From a virus (lineage: Duplodnaviria; Caudoviricetes), in the IMG/VR virus record IMGVR_UViG_3300009506_000026, positions 1-63,152 of that record: a DNA stretch of 63,152 nt; one strand, given 5' to 3'. Below the pieces are notes generated by a model that was given only the letters and a program-made list of their open reading frames with translations, searched no databases and was not told where the DNA came from. The position numbers and the translations under genes were made by a program. Shown piece by piece: positions 47,477 to 55,633 of this stretch (its first letter is position 1; every line of letters begins with the position of its first letter).

Positions 47477-50400
47477 TTTTTCCTAATCCTTTATCCACAT
47501 TCTCTATTGCTTTCTTTACCTCGGTAGCCAATTTTCTCATGCTATTCCTGTCCCCCGTCAAAAACTGTGGGGACACGGTTATATTATATGTTCGGTTGAT
47601 CGGAGAGGGGGTGGCAAACTCAGGCTGCATTTCATACCTGGGAGCCAAAGATTTTACCAAACCCCCCATCCTTGCCTTGATCACCTTTGTGGCACTCTCA
47701 ACAGGGACCGTCATGCTGTTAATAGAGGACATAAAATTGGTACCATATTTTTTCACGGCTTCCGAACGCATGACATACTCACCATGTGATAACCAAGCAG
47801 CAATCTTGTCAATTCCCCTTGCTCCTATTACTGATCCACCACTTCCATATTTCCTTGTTTGCCTCTGCTTCTTTTTCAATCTTCGAATTAAATCTAAGGT
47901 GTAACCACCCTCAGCCATCCCTTCGTCCGTCCTAATATATTCACCAGAACCCAATTGGGGCTCCTCTCCCCCCTCTATTGCTGGCACTCCCCCTTCCTGT
48001 GTAATCTTTACCTTCAGCGTGATTTCCTTGCTTTCAATCTGATCCCACTTCTCTTGAAACTTGTCAACCAACTGGTAAGTTCTATCTAAATCCTGTAATG
48101 CTTGTTCAGTTTGAAGAACAAGCTCCTTTCTAGAAACATCATCGATTTTCTTTCCATATGCATCGATCAAACGATCCAGCTTTTCGATGTCCGATTGAGC
48201 ATCCTGAGCCTGTTTCTTCGTCGCCTCCCTTTGATTCTTATACAAAGCCTCAATCTCATTCGCAATTCGTTTCATGTAGCTTTCGGCTTCATCGGAAGTG
48301 GATCGAAGGTCTCTCACAGTTTCTCCACTTGAATCCTTTACTTCTCTTGCCAGCCCCTCCGCTAAATCATACGCCTGCTTGTAGGTATCATAGTCATGCT
48401 TTGCCCTCGCCTCATTCATCAGCTTATTAATCCTGCTGATATCGTCATTGTATTTCTGTTCATCGGAGAAATCTCTTTGACGAATCTCTCGGAGGTTGTC
48501 AGAATGTTCTTTTCTAAACTTCTTTAAATCTCTGGATAATTCACGGAATTTACTTTTAGACTCGGTTATTATACTTTTTAATTCGGTCTTGTAATCTTTG
48601 GCAAGATCAATCCATGCTTCGGCTTGCTTTCGGGAAGACTCTCTGGCTAAATCTTCCAAAACATCATTCTTTGCCTGTTCAATCGCTATCAGTTCCTCTT
48701 TCCTGGCTTGAGATTCCCTCAATAAAGCTCCCGTATAGTCCTTCTGAATATCTTTTAATTTGCTCGCATTATTCTCCGCCAGCTCCTTTTCCTTTTCATA
48801 CACACTCTCTAAACCTTTGGTCCTTTCTTGGTATGTTTTTTCCACTTGCTTTGCCAATGAATCCAATATCTTTATTTCCCAATCTGCCCTTTCCTTCAAG
48901 GACATCTTCTCTTTTTCATTTTTCTCTATAAAGTCAACCAAAGTTTTCGCTCTGATAGCCATTATATTTTTCGCTATCTTTTCTTCCTCAATATTATAAT
49001 CCTCCGCTTTTTTCTTTAAAGCCTCGATCTCTTTATCCATATTTGCCAATGAATCAATTAAAGCCACTTGAGACTCGGCGCTCAACTGATCATACAATTC
49101 ACGAAAAACCTCAGGCATATCAGAAAGATTTTCTTTAAAATTCTTGGCAATTTCTTTGGAAGATTGTTTTAGAGCCTCCAAAGCCGTGATCACAAGTTCA
49201 ACCTGATCTTTAGTTGCTCCCAACCTTATCAAAGCGACTCTTATTTCCTCAAAAGACAACTTAGATTCATACAAAGTTGTCCCTGTAGCTACCCATTGAT
49301 CATTCATCTCCTGTTGAGTTTTTTCATATTCCTTAGTGTCCCTGCCCAGTTTTTTATAATATTCCGAGACCTCACTTATATACTCCCCAATTAGTTTAAA
49401 ATCATCACGAAGAATATCTAACATTCCTTTTGGGATTATAATCTCAAAAGCTTTGCCCAAAACCTCCGCATTCTTTCCTATATTGTCGATAAAATTCCTA
49501 TATTTAACATCCAGTATAGTAAGTAGTGCATCCCATCCCTTACTTACCCTATTCAAAAGCCCCTGCCAAAAAGCTACCTCCTCCAATTTTTTTCGATATA
49601 GTTCCAAAGTCTTAATATTATTCTGTAGTTTCGTTTCAAGTTCAACCGATAGAGCTTCTCTTATTTTCTGAGCATTCTCCTCGGCTTTCTCGGAGTTCAA
49701 ATCCAATTGACCAGACAATTTCGAATAGGCCGCTTCCACTCTCTTTATCGTGGATTCATGTTGTCTTTGAACATTTTCTCCCTTCTTATATTTTTCCGCC
49801 AACTTATCAAATTTCTCCGCATAAAGAGCCAGAGTTTGCGTAGTTTGTCCCATTTTCTGATCCAACTTAATTGTAACATCTATTGCTCTTTGAGTGGATC
49901 CCCTAAACCAATTAAATACGGCTATGCCCGCCCCAATAGCCGCAAATAACAATCCAATCTTTGCCGCCGCACTCCTCATTATAGTAACTAATCTTGCGAC
50001 ACTAGCAGTCATGGCAATAGAGGATCCCTGAATAAGATTCATAACAATCAGGGCTTTTTTCAGGTCATTGGCAAACTTCACAATTATAGGACCTAATTTT
50101 AACAATAACTGCCCAAGTTTTGTAAATGATACACCAAGGAGTGTTAAACTGGCAACCCAAACGGTGATACTAGTTAAAAATTTCCCAATCGAGGAACTAA
50201 TAAACTGAGCTATTACAGAAGCCAACGATCTTAAAACATCCACTAGTACCTTTAAGCTGTCCGTAACCCCCGCCTCACCGAAAGCAACCGCTATCAATTT
50301 TGCTCTGTCCGCCAAGTTCTTTAATTTTACTCCTAATCCCTCCATCTGAGTGGAGGCCATATCCGCTGCGGACCCTGTTTCATAAACTTTATTGAGCATA

Positions 50401-51497
50401 TCTTGAAAACTGCCAGGACCAGTAGTACCAAAAGCTTTTGATAGTACCGCAACTGCTTGGGCTCCTCTAAGTCCAAACAATCTATACGCCTTTGCCATAT
50501 CTACTGTTCCCGCTTCCGATTCCTGCATAACACGACTTAAATTTTCCATTGCTTTTTGATAACCAACAAGTCGTGGATTAATCTCATTCAAATCAATTCC
50601 TAAAGATCGAAATTCCTCCCTCAAATTCCTACTTGGAGACAACAATCGAGATATTACCTGCCGTAACCCTGTACCAATAGTGCTTGCTCTTAGCCCATTA
50701 TTAGCAAGAACCCCCATCGAAGCCGCGGCTTCCTCTATATCAATTCCCGCCTGAGCAGATGCGGCACCCACATAATTAAACGCGGTCCTTAATTTATCAA
50801 TTGTGAGTTTACTTCTATTGACGGCGTTCGCCATCACATCAGAAACTCTTGAGGACTCAACAGTGCTGAGATTCCAAGCTCGAATTGATGTGGTAACCAG
50901 ATCCGCCACATCCGTCATATCTCCTAAAGTGCCTGTAGCCAAATTAGCCACCGCCGACATAGCCTGCATTGACTCAGTGGCGCTGAAACCTGCCTGACCT
51001 AACAAGACCATCCCATCCGCTACCTCAGCAGTTGAAAACTTAGTATCCTTCGCAACCTGTTTAATCGTTTCTCCCATGCCCATTACTTCGGCATCCGTGG
51101 CACGGGTGATGGCTTGCAAATTCTTCAAAGCCTGATCGAAGTCAACGATTTCTTTGGCTCCCGCCGCAAACGCCCTCATCAACCCATATATACCACTTGT
51201 TGCTATGCCGTAGGTTGCAACTGTTTTTAACGCCAAGGACATGCGGTTGACAACACCCGTGACCCTCGTGGCGGCCCTGGCATACTGTCCTAACGCCGTA
51301 TGTCCTCTTTGAATGGCTTGAGTGGCACCCTGTACGTTGCGCCCAGCTTGAGCAAAGGCTTGTGATCCCCTGCCCATCCCCTGCAACTGTTGATTGAAGT
51401 TTAAAACGGCTTGCCGGGCACGTTGGATACCATTAAGGAGAGCAGTAATATCCGCAGTAAAAATTGTCCCGAGATTAAGAGTCCTTCCGTTAGCCAC
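47469..51497 (-). CDS. Tape measure protein (TP901 family)
   Basis: TKFSTAEVADGM, AVANLATGT, GLRASTIGTGLR; long coiled coil; GIDKIAAWLSHGEYVM. Confidence 0.93.
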   Translation of the reverse strand: MANGRTLNLGTIFTADITALLNGIQRARQAVLNFNQQLQGMGRGSQAFAQAGRNVQGATQAIQRGHTALGQYARAATRVTGVVNRMSLALKTVATYGIATSGIYGLMRAFAAGAKEIVDFDQALKNLQAITRATDAEVMGMGETIKQVAKDTKFSTAEVADGMVLLGQAGFSATESMQAMSAVANLATGTLGDMTDVADLVTTSIRAWNLSTVESSRVSDVMANAVNRSKLTIDKLRTAFNYVGAASAQAGIDIEEAAASMGVLANNGLRASTIGTGLRQVISRLLSPSRNLREEFRSLGIDLNEINPRLVGYQKAMENLSRVMQESEAGTVDMAKAYRLFGLRGAQAVAVLSKAFGTTGPGSFQDMLNKVYETGSAADMASTQMEGLGVKLKNLADRAKLIAVAFGEAGVTDSLKVLVDVLRSLASVIAQFISSSIGKFLTSITVWVASLTLLGVSFTKLGQLLLKLGPIIVKFANDLKKALIVMNLIQGSSIAMTASVARLVTIMRSAAAKIGLLFAAIGAGIAVFNWFRGSTQRAIDVTIKLDQKMGQTTQTLALYAEKFDKLAEKYKKGENVQRQHESTIKRVEAAYSKLSGQLDLNSEKAEENAQKIREALSVELETKLQNNIKTLELYRKKLEEVAFWQGLLNRVSKGWDALLTILDVKYRNFIDNIGKNAEVLGKAFEIIIPKGMLDILRDDFKLIGEYISEVSEYYKKLGRDTKEYEKTQQEMNDQWVATGTTLYESKLSFEEIRVALIRLGATKDQVELVITALEALKQSSKEIAKNFKENLSDMPEVFRELYDQLSAESQVALIDSLANMDKEIEALKKKAEDYNIEEEKIAKNIMAIRAKTLVDFIEKNEKEKMSLKERADWEIKILDSLAKQVEKTYQERTKGLESVYEKEKELAENNASKLKDIQKDYTGALLRESQARKEELIAIEQAKNDVLEDLARESSRKQAEAWIDLAKDYKTELKSIITESKSKFRELSRDLKKFRKEHSDNLREIRQRDFSDEQKYNDDISRINKLMNEARAKHDYDTYKQAYDLAEGLAREVKDSSGETVRDLRSTSDEAESYMKRIANEIEALYKNQREATKKQAQDAQSDIEKLDRLIDAYGKKIDDVSRKELVLQTEQALQDLDRTYQLVDKFQEKWDQIESKEITLKVKITQEGGVPAIEGGEEPQLGSGEYIRTDEGMAEGGYTLDLIRRLKKKQRQTRKYGSGGSVIGARGIDKIAAWLSHGEYVMRSEAVKKYGTNFMSSINSMTVPVESATKVIKARMGGLVKSLAPRYEMQPEFATPSPINRTYNITVSPQFLTGDRNSMRKLATEVKKAIENVDKGLGKNG

Positions 51498-51888
51498 GTT
51501 TCTTTACTCCTATGCTAAGAACTTGATTGCCTTTATGAAGACCCTTCATTCTCTCCGTCAAGGCTTTTTTCTCCTCGGGACTGTACTTCTCATTGTAATA
51601 TTCCGGAGATTTGAAGGTGAATATGTCAGAGGTTTCCTCTGCTTTTTCATCGTCCTTTACATGAGCACCATGAATCTTAGCCTGAAACTCCATCATCGAC
51701 ATCATTCTTTTCTGATGGTGCTCAAATAAAACGATAATCTGCTTCTTGGTTAATCCCCCTTCTCTATATGACTTTCTAAAACAATCATCCAATTTGTAAT
51801 TATATACTTCACAAACAGCCGTTACGACCTCTCCGAGGGGGATTCCACTATCTGTGGCTCCTTCCCGAAGAGGGCTTCCAACTTTTTT
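51490..51888 (-). CDS. Tail assembly chaperone extension (-1 frameshift product)
   Basis: The -1 frame from the slippery site is open: VGSPLREG...YKLDDCFRKSY..., joining track ORF 51490..51792. Confidence 0.8.
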   Translation of the reverse strand, partial: KKVGSPLREGATDSGIPLGEVVTAVCEVYNYKLDDCFRKSYREGGLTKKQIIVLFEHHQKRMMSMMEFQAKIHGAHVKDDEKAEETSDIFTFKSPEYYNEKYSPEEKKALTERMKGLHKGNQVLSIGVKKRG

Positions 51889-52244
51889 TCGATTTCCTCC
51901 CTTTTAAAGTTCTGTTGGTAAACATGGCCAACTATCTCCAAAGCCTGATAGTTTGTAATGTCCTTCAGAACTTCTACTGTTTCCTCTTCCATTACCATAG
52001 GGATAATTTTCCCTATATTGTCCGATATCGTGTCAATCAAAAATTGAACTAACTCTGGAGTCAAAGCAGTGGAGTTAGGATCCATCTTTCCAAATTCAAC
52101 CAAAATTTTTGATATCATGTCTTTAAGCGTCAATTCATCCGCTAAGGACAAAGGGTAAATCTTAACCTTCCTGAGATTCCGAATGCCTATGGTGACTTCC
52201 GGAATCTCAGGATTGAGTTCTCGTATTTGTTGATTTTCTGGCAT
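51822..52244 (-). CDS. Tail assembly chaperone
   Basis: Between tail tube and TMP; contains the slippery site. Confidence 0.8.
   Translation of the reverse strand: MPENQQIRELNPEIPEVTIGIRNLRKVKIYPLSLADELTLKDMISKILVEFGKMDPNSTALTPELVQFLIDTISDNIGKIIPMVMEEETVEVLKDITNYQALEIVGHVYQQNFKREEIEKKLEALFGKEPQIVESPSERS
51882..51888 (-). promoter_or_regulatory. -1 ribosomal frameshift slippery site A AAA AAG
   Basis: GAA AAA AAG in the chaperone reading frame. Confidence 0.82.
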
Positions 52245-52264
52245 TGCTATTTTCTCCTTACTAA

Positions 52265-52906
52265 TTACGCAGTGGTTGTGGTAGTCGTAGTGGTTGTGGT
52301 AGTTGTGAAGGTCGAGCCGTCATTCCAAACAATTTGTCCCAACGGCTTGTCATCCCAACACGCATTTCCACCACTAATTTCCGAATCAGCCCTTTTAGCC
52401 TCAATTCGAATTGCAACCGCAGCAGGTTCCTCAGGAGCAAAGTCCATCTCAATTGAGGCGGAAACCTGTGCCCTGGGGAAGATAATGTTCATGGTATTGG
52501 TACCATCAGGATAAGTATAAATTGCTTCCATCCTGATATACTCCGCGGATGCCAAAGTACCAAGAGCAATTTTCCCTGTGTGTGCTGCGGAATATGCAGC
52601 ATCAGTGGGATCCAAACCACGAGCAAGCGCCATGTTCTTTGGAGTGATTTCTTTGAAAGCACATTCCAAAGCAGCCTGCTCACGAAGTGGGAAAACAGCA
52701 TCTTCCAACATAGGAAAACCTGATTCCAACTTGAAGAACTCCGTATTACCTACAAAACGAGTGTTTGCAAGTGCTCCAATAGAATCTGTGGAGGACAACC
52801 ATGGAGTTTGTTTTGTCAGATACGTGGCAGAAGCTGCCACTCTGACCTGAGCCAAACCCAATGCTACTGTAGTGGTATCTCTTGTTACAGGACCAGTTCT
52901 TGCCAT
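52265..52906 (-). CDS. Major tail tube protein with C-terminal T12-Ala tail
   Basis: Position; IGAL..T.F, EIT..N.ALA.G, IIFPRAQV pattern; ends STFTTTTTTTTTTTTA. Confidence 0.8.
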   Translation of the reverse strand: MARTGPVTRDTTTVALGLAQVRVAASATYLTKQTPWLSSTDSIGALANTRFVGNTEFFKLESGFPMLEDAVFPLREQAALECAFKEITPKNMALARGLDPTDAAYSAAHTGKIALGTLASAEYIRMEAIYTYPDGTNTMNIIFPRAQVSASIEMDFAPEEPAAVAIRIEAKRADSEISGGNACWDDKPLGQIVWNDGSTFTTTTTTTTTTTTA

Positions 52907-52908
52907 AC

Positions 52909-53220
52909 TTACTCACCCCCTTTCTTTTCGTTTGTGCCAGAATAATCTTCTTCCTTGGATTGAATTTTAGGTGGTAGATTAACAGGAAAAAAATTGAACG
53001 TATTCCAATGATCAGGATATTCCAATCTACAAGCCCTTCTAAAACATCTCATTTTTATGGAACCATGAACTAACATCTCTACCATAGGAAACTTCTCCGA
53101 AATAGGGACATCCTCATCTCGGTGACTTCTACCAAATACAAACCTCCAAAGTCCCCCTGGCAGTTTTTCAATCAACCTCTTCCCGCACTTCTCACAATGA
53201 AAAAACATTTTTCCGCTCAT
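52909..53220 (-). CDS. Com-like zinc-binding protein
   Basis: CEKCGKRL..IKMRCFRRAC..WN. Confidence 0.55.
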   Translation of the reverse strand: MSGKMFFHCEKCGKRLIEKLPGGLWRFVFGRSHRDEDVPISEKFPMVEMLVHGSIKMRCFRRACRLEYPDHWNTFNFFPVNLPPKIQSKEEDYSGTNEKKGGE

Positions 53221-53678
53221 AGCTTCGATGCCGTCCTTAATCTAACTGAAAGAGTTTTGTATTTGGTGCCATCGGGAGCTAGTAGTTGTCCGGATTCCAA
53301 AACCTCTTGTACCAACAATCCCCCTATTGCTACCCATGCCTGATTCAAATAACTTCTATACAATGTAATACTTTTCATCCCATGAGTTGCATTCTCATCC
53401 GATAGATACCCAAGCACTTTATCTTTTAGCTGTGCCAATCTCCACCCCTCATTGTCCTCCCTGGTACAGCAATGGACATACAGAAAGAAGGTTGACATAG
53501 TAGTGAATTCCATAGCACCAAAATTCACTGATACCCATTGTGTGCTACTAGAGTCAGGCTGTGAAATGCCAATATCAAAAACGGTGGTTATCCCCTCTGT
53601 GGTCTTTAAATTGTCCTTAAAATATTTAATAATGCTATCTCGGACATTGGCTTCTCGGGCAGTAGGATCAAGTGCCAT
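53217..53678 (-). CDS. Tail terminator-like protein
   Basis: Size and position upstream of the tail tube gene. Confidence 0.55.
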   Translation of the reverse strand: MALDPTAREANVRDSIIKYFKDNLKTTEGITTVFDIGISQPDSSSTQWVSVNFGAMEFTTMSTFFLYVHCCTREDNEGWRLAQLKDKVLGYLSDENATHGMKSITLYRSYLNQAWVAIGGLLVQEVLESGQLLAPDGTKYKTLSVRLRTASKL

Positions 53679-53679
53679 T

Positions 53680-53886
53680 TTAAAGTTCCTTAGCCTTCCT
53701 TACGTTTTCACAAATTCCATCCAATCCCTTAAAAAAATCCTCTTTGACGTACTCCACAATTTCCTTATCAATCTTACTTTCATCATACTGGCAGTGATCA
53801 AGGAAGTCGAGAATCATTTCGGCTTGCCTCAAGGACAATTCAAGACCAATAAATGTATCTCTATCCTGCACAAAAATTATTTTCAT
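53680..53886 (-). CDS. Hypothetical protein
   Basis: 68 aa, translationally coupled. Confidence 0.55.
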   Translation of the reverse strand: MKIIFVQDRDTFIGLELSLRQAEMILDFLDHCQYDESKIDKEIVEYVKEDFFKGLDGICENVRKAKEL

Positions 53887-54248
53887 TTTGAAAGAACCTC
53901 ATAAAAAGGATTATCTTTGTCCTTTAAATCCCAAGGATCATTATTAAGTTCCTCAAAAACCAATTTCTTAATATCTTGTCGTTCCTTCGTCCATCTTATT
54001 CTTTTTTTTCTACCTATATACTTTTTCCCAGAATGAAACAGCTCCAATAGTTGCGAGGTCAATAACCAATAAACAAATACATATTTGAGGCGTGTACTTT
54101 CGGGGTCCTTGCTGTCAACCCTTATCCTTATTCCCCTATTCATCTCATGCGACCAAACTCCCCACTCAACATCAAAACGGGACATCTTTTTGTCCATTGC
54201 CTCTTTGAACTTCTCGTCAATAAATTCAATGTACTTCTCTGGGGTCAT
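53883..54248 (-). CDS. Hypothetical protein
   Basis: ATG at 54248 overlaps the upstream TGA. Confidence 0.55.
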   Translation of the reverse strand: MTPEKYIEFIDEKFKEAMDKKMSRFDVEWGVWSHEMNRGIRIRVDSKDPESTRLKYVFVYWLLTSQLLELFHSGKKYIGRKKRIRWTKERQDIKKLVFEELNNDPWDLKDKDNPFYEVLSK

Positions 54249-54763
54249 ATCCATTGTTGCTCCAATCGCTTTAAAGCGGCTTCCGCTTGTCTGATCCAAC
54301 CTGTGTCCGAATACTCGATGCCCGTTGGAATAAACAAGGGTCTTGGTTTTGGGTATGTTCCAAAACCTTCCTCCACCAAGAGTGCATACCAAACAATTAA
54401 CTTCTTAGGTCCATAATCCCCAGCACCGAACCATGATTTTCCCCCACTATCTATTGCAGTGGGATCAACTCCCCCTAAATACCCCTTTGGCATTTTGATA
54501 ATCGTAATCGCATTCAATAGGTCCCTTTTCAGCATCCAAAACTTCATAGGAAACCCATGATCTTTCTTCCAAGATTCATACCTCTCATTATACGTAGGGT
54601 AACTAAATTTCCCCGACACCAAATTCTGCCTAACTAAATTCGTATATTCAAAGGCGCATGTATAGGGAAGTCTGTCCTCTAATATCCTTGCCTCATTCTC
54701 CAATTTATGAGTTGCCACTAACCAACGTCGCAACTGTCCTGGATCTAAAAAGGCCCTCAGCAT
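54245..54763 (-). CDS. Neck/tail completion protein (HK97 gp10-like)
   Basis: YALLVEEGFG..PKPRPLFIP C-terminal motif. Confidence 0.65.
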   Translation of the reverse strand: MLRAFLDPGQLRRWLVATHKLENEARILEDRLPYTCAFEYTNLVRQNLVSGKFSYPTYNERYESWKKDHGFPMKFWMLKRDLLNAITIIKMPKGYLGGVDPTAIDSGGKSWFGAGDYGPKKLIVWYALLVEEGFGTYPKPRPLFIPTGIEYSDTGWIRQAEAALKRLEQQWI

Positions 54764-55140
54764 TGATTCCTCACTGTGCCATTCAATACTTTCATACTTG
54801 TTAAACATCCCCCAAATTCATTAGGAGAACCGTCCCCATTTAGGGTTACATACGATTTGAAAAAATAGGGCTTAAATTCAATATACTCTTTTTGTTCCTT
54901 AAACAAAACAATTAGATCATGTTCTATCTGTAAAAAGGAAGGGAAAGCTGAGGAAAGCTCCTCAGGTATTTCCTCCGAGCTTTCGAAAACAGCATACCAT
55001 TTAGTTCCAACATTGTGCCAATTCACTTCCTCATATTTTTTAATTCTGATAATCTCCTTCAAAGACACATACTCCGATATCGATTCAATAATTTTGTTCG
55101 AATCCCCTTTTCCATTTTCCACTATAAATAGAGTTATCAT
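54757..55140 (-). CDS. Hypothetical protein (possible degenerate GT-A fragment)
   Basis: MITLFIVE start; TKWYAVFESSEEIPEEL. Confidence 0.55.
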   Translation of the reverse strand: MITLFIVENGKGDSNKIIESISEYVSLKEIIRIKKYEEVNWHNVGTKWYAVFESSEEIPEELSSAFPSFLQIEHDLIVLFKEQKEYIEFKPYFFKSYVTLNGDGSPNEFGGCLTSMKVLNGTVRNQC

Positions 55141-55313
55141 GTTACTGTCCTTGGATCCACAGATGTTGATTCGCCCTTAGGAAGCCCATTCTTTAAAATA
55201 CCACAATAACCACATTTAGGGCAAACGCAAAGGGTTTCTCCACTTGTATTTTTTTGGTCTTCCACCACAAACTCAGTCTGACAAACAGGACAAATAATAA
55301 TTAGTCCATTCAT
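55137..55313 (-). CDS. 58-aa zinc-ribbon protein (not in track)
   Basis: ATGA overlaps at both ends; CPVC..CPKCG. Confidence 0.65.
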   Translation of the reverse strand: MNGLIIICPVCQTEFVVEDQKNTSGETLCVCPKCGYCGILKNGLPKGESTSVDPRTVT

Positions 55314-55621
55314 ATTAAATCCTGAACTTTAAAGAAAACCATGTATTCCTTATAATTGTTACCACTACTTTGTACCTTACAAATTACATAGTAACCTTCT
55401 CCGTCGGTTCCATTTTGAACATAGATTCTTACAATTGAACCACTATAGGTACACTTGTTGGAATCTAATATAGTAGTGGAAACATCTACACCGTCTTCGT
55501 CATAGGCTTTAAAAGTTACATCGGAAATAGTTTCTTCGTCTAGCCATGTAGAAATATCAATATCTATATAATATTTTTCCCATGTAGTTTTAGGTTCAGT
55601 TACGGAAAAGCTTTCCCCCAT
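55310..55621 (-). CDS. Fibre-to-virion adaptor-like protein
   Basis: YYIDIDISTWL..ETIS..IYVQNGTDGEGYYVICKVQSS pattern of phage fibre adaptors. Confidence 0.6.
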   Translation of the reverse strand: MGESFSVTEPKTTWEKYYIDIDISTWLDEETISDVTFKAYDEDGVDVSTTILDSNKCTYSGSIVRIYVQNGTDGEGYYVICKVQSSGNNYKEYMVFFKVQDLI

Positions 55622-55633
55622 TGTAATCTCCTT

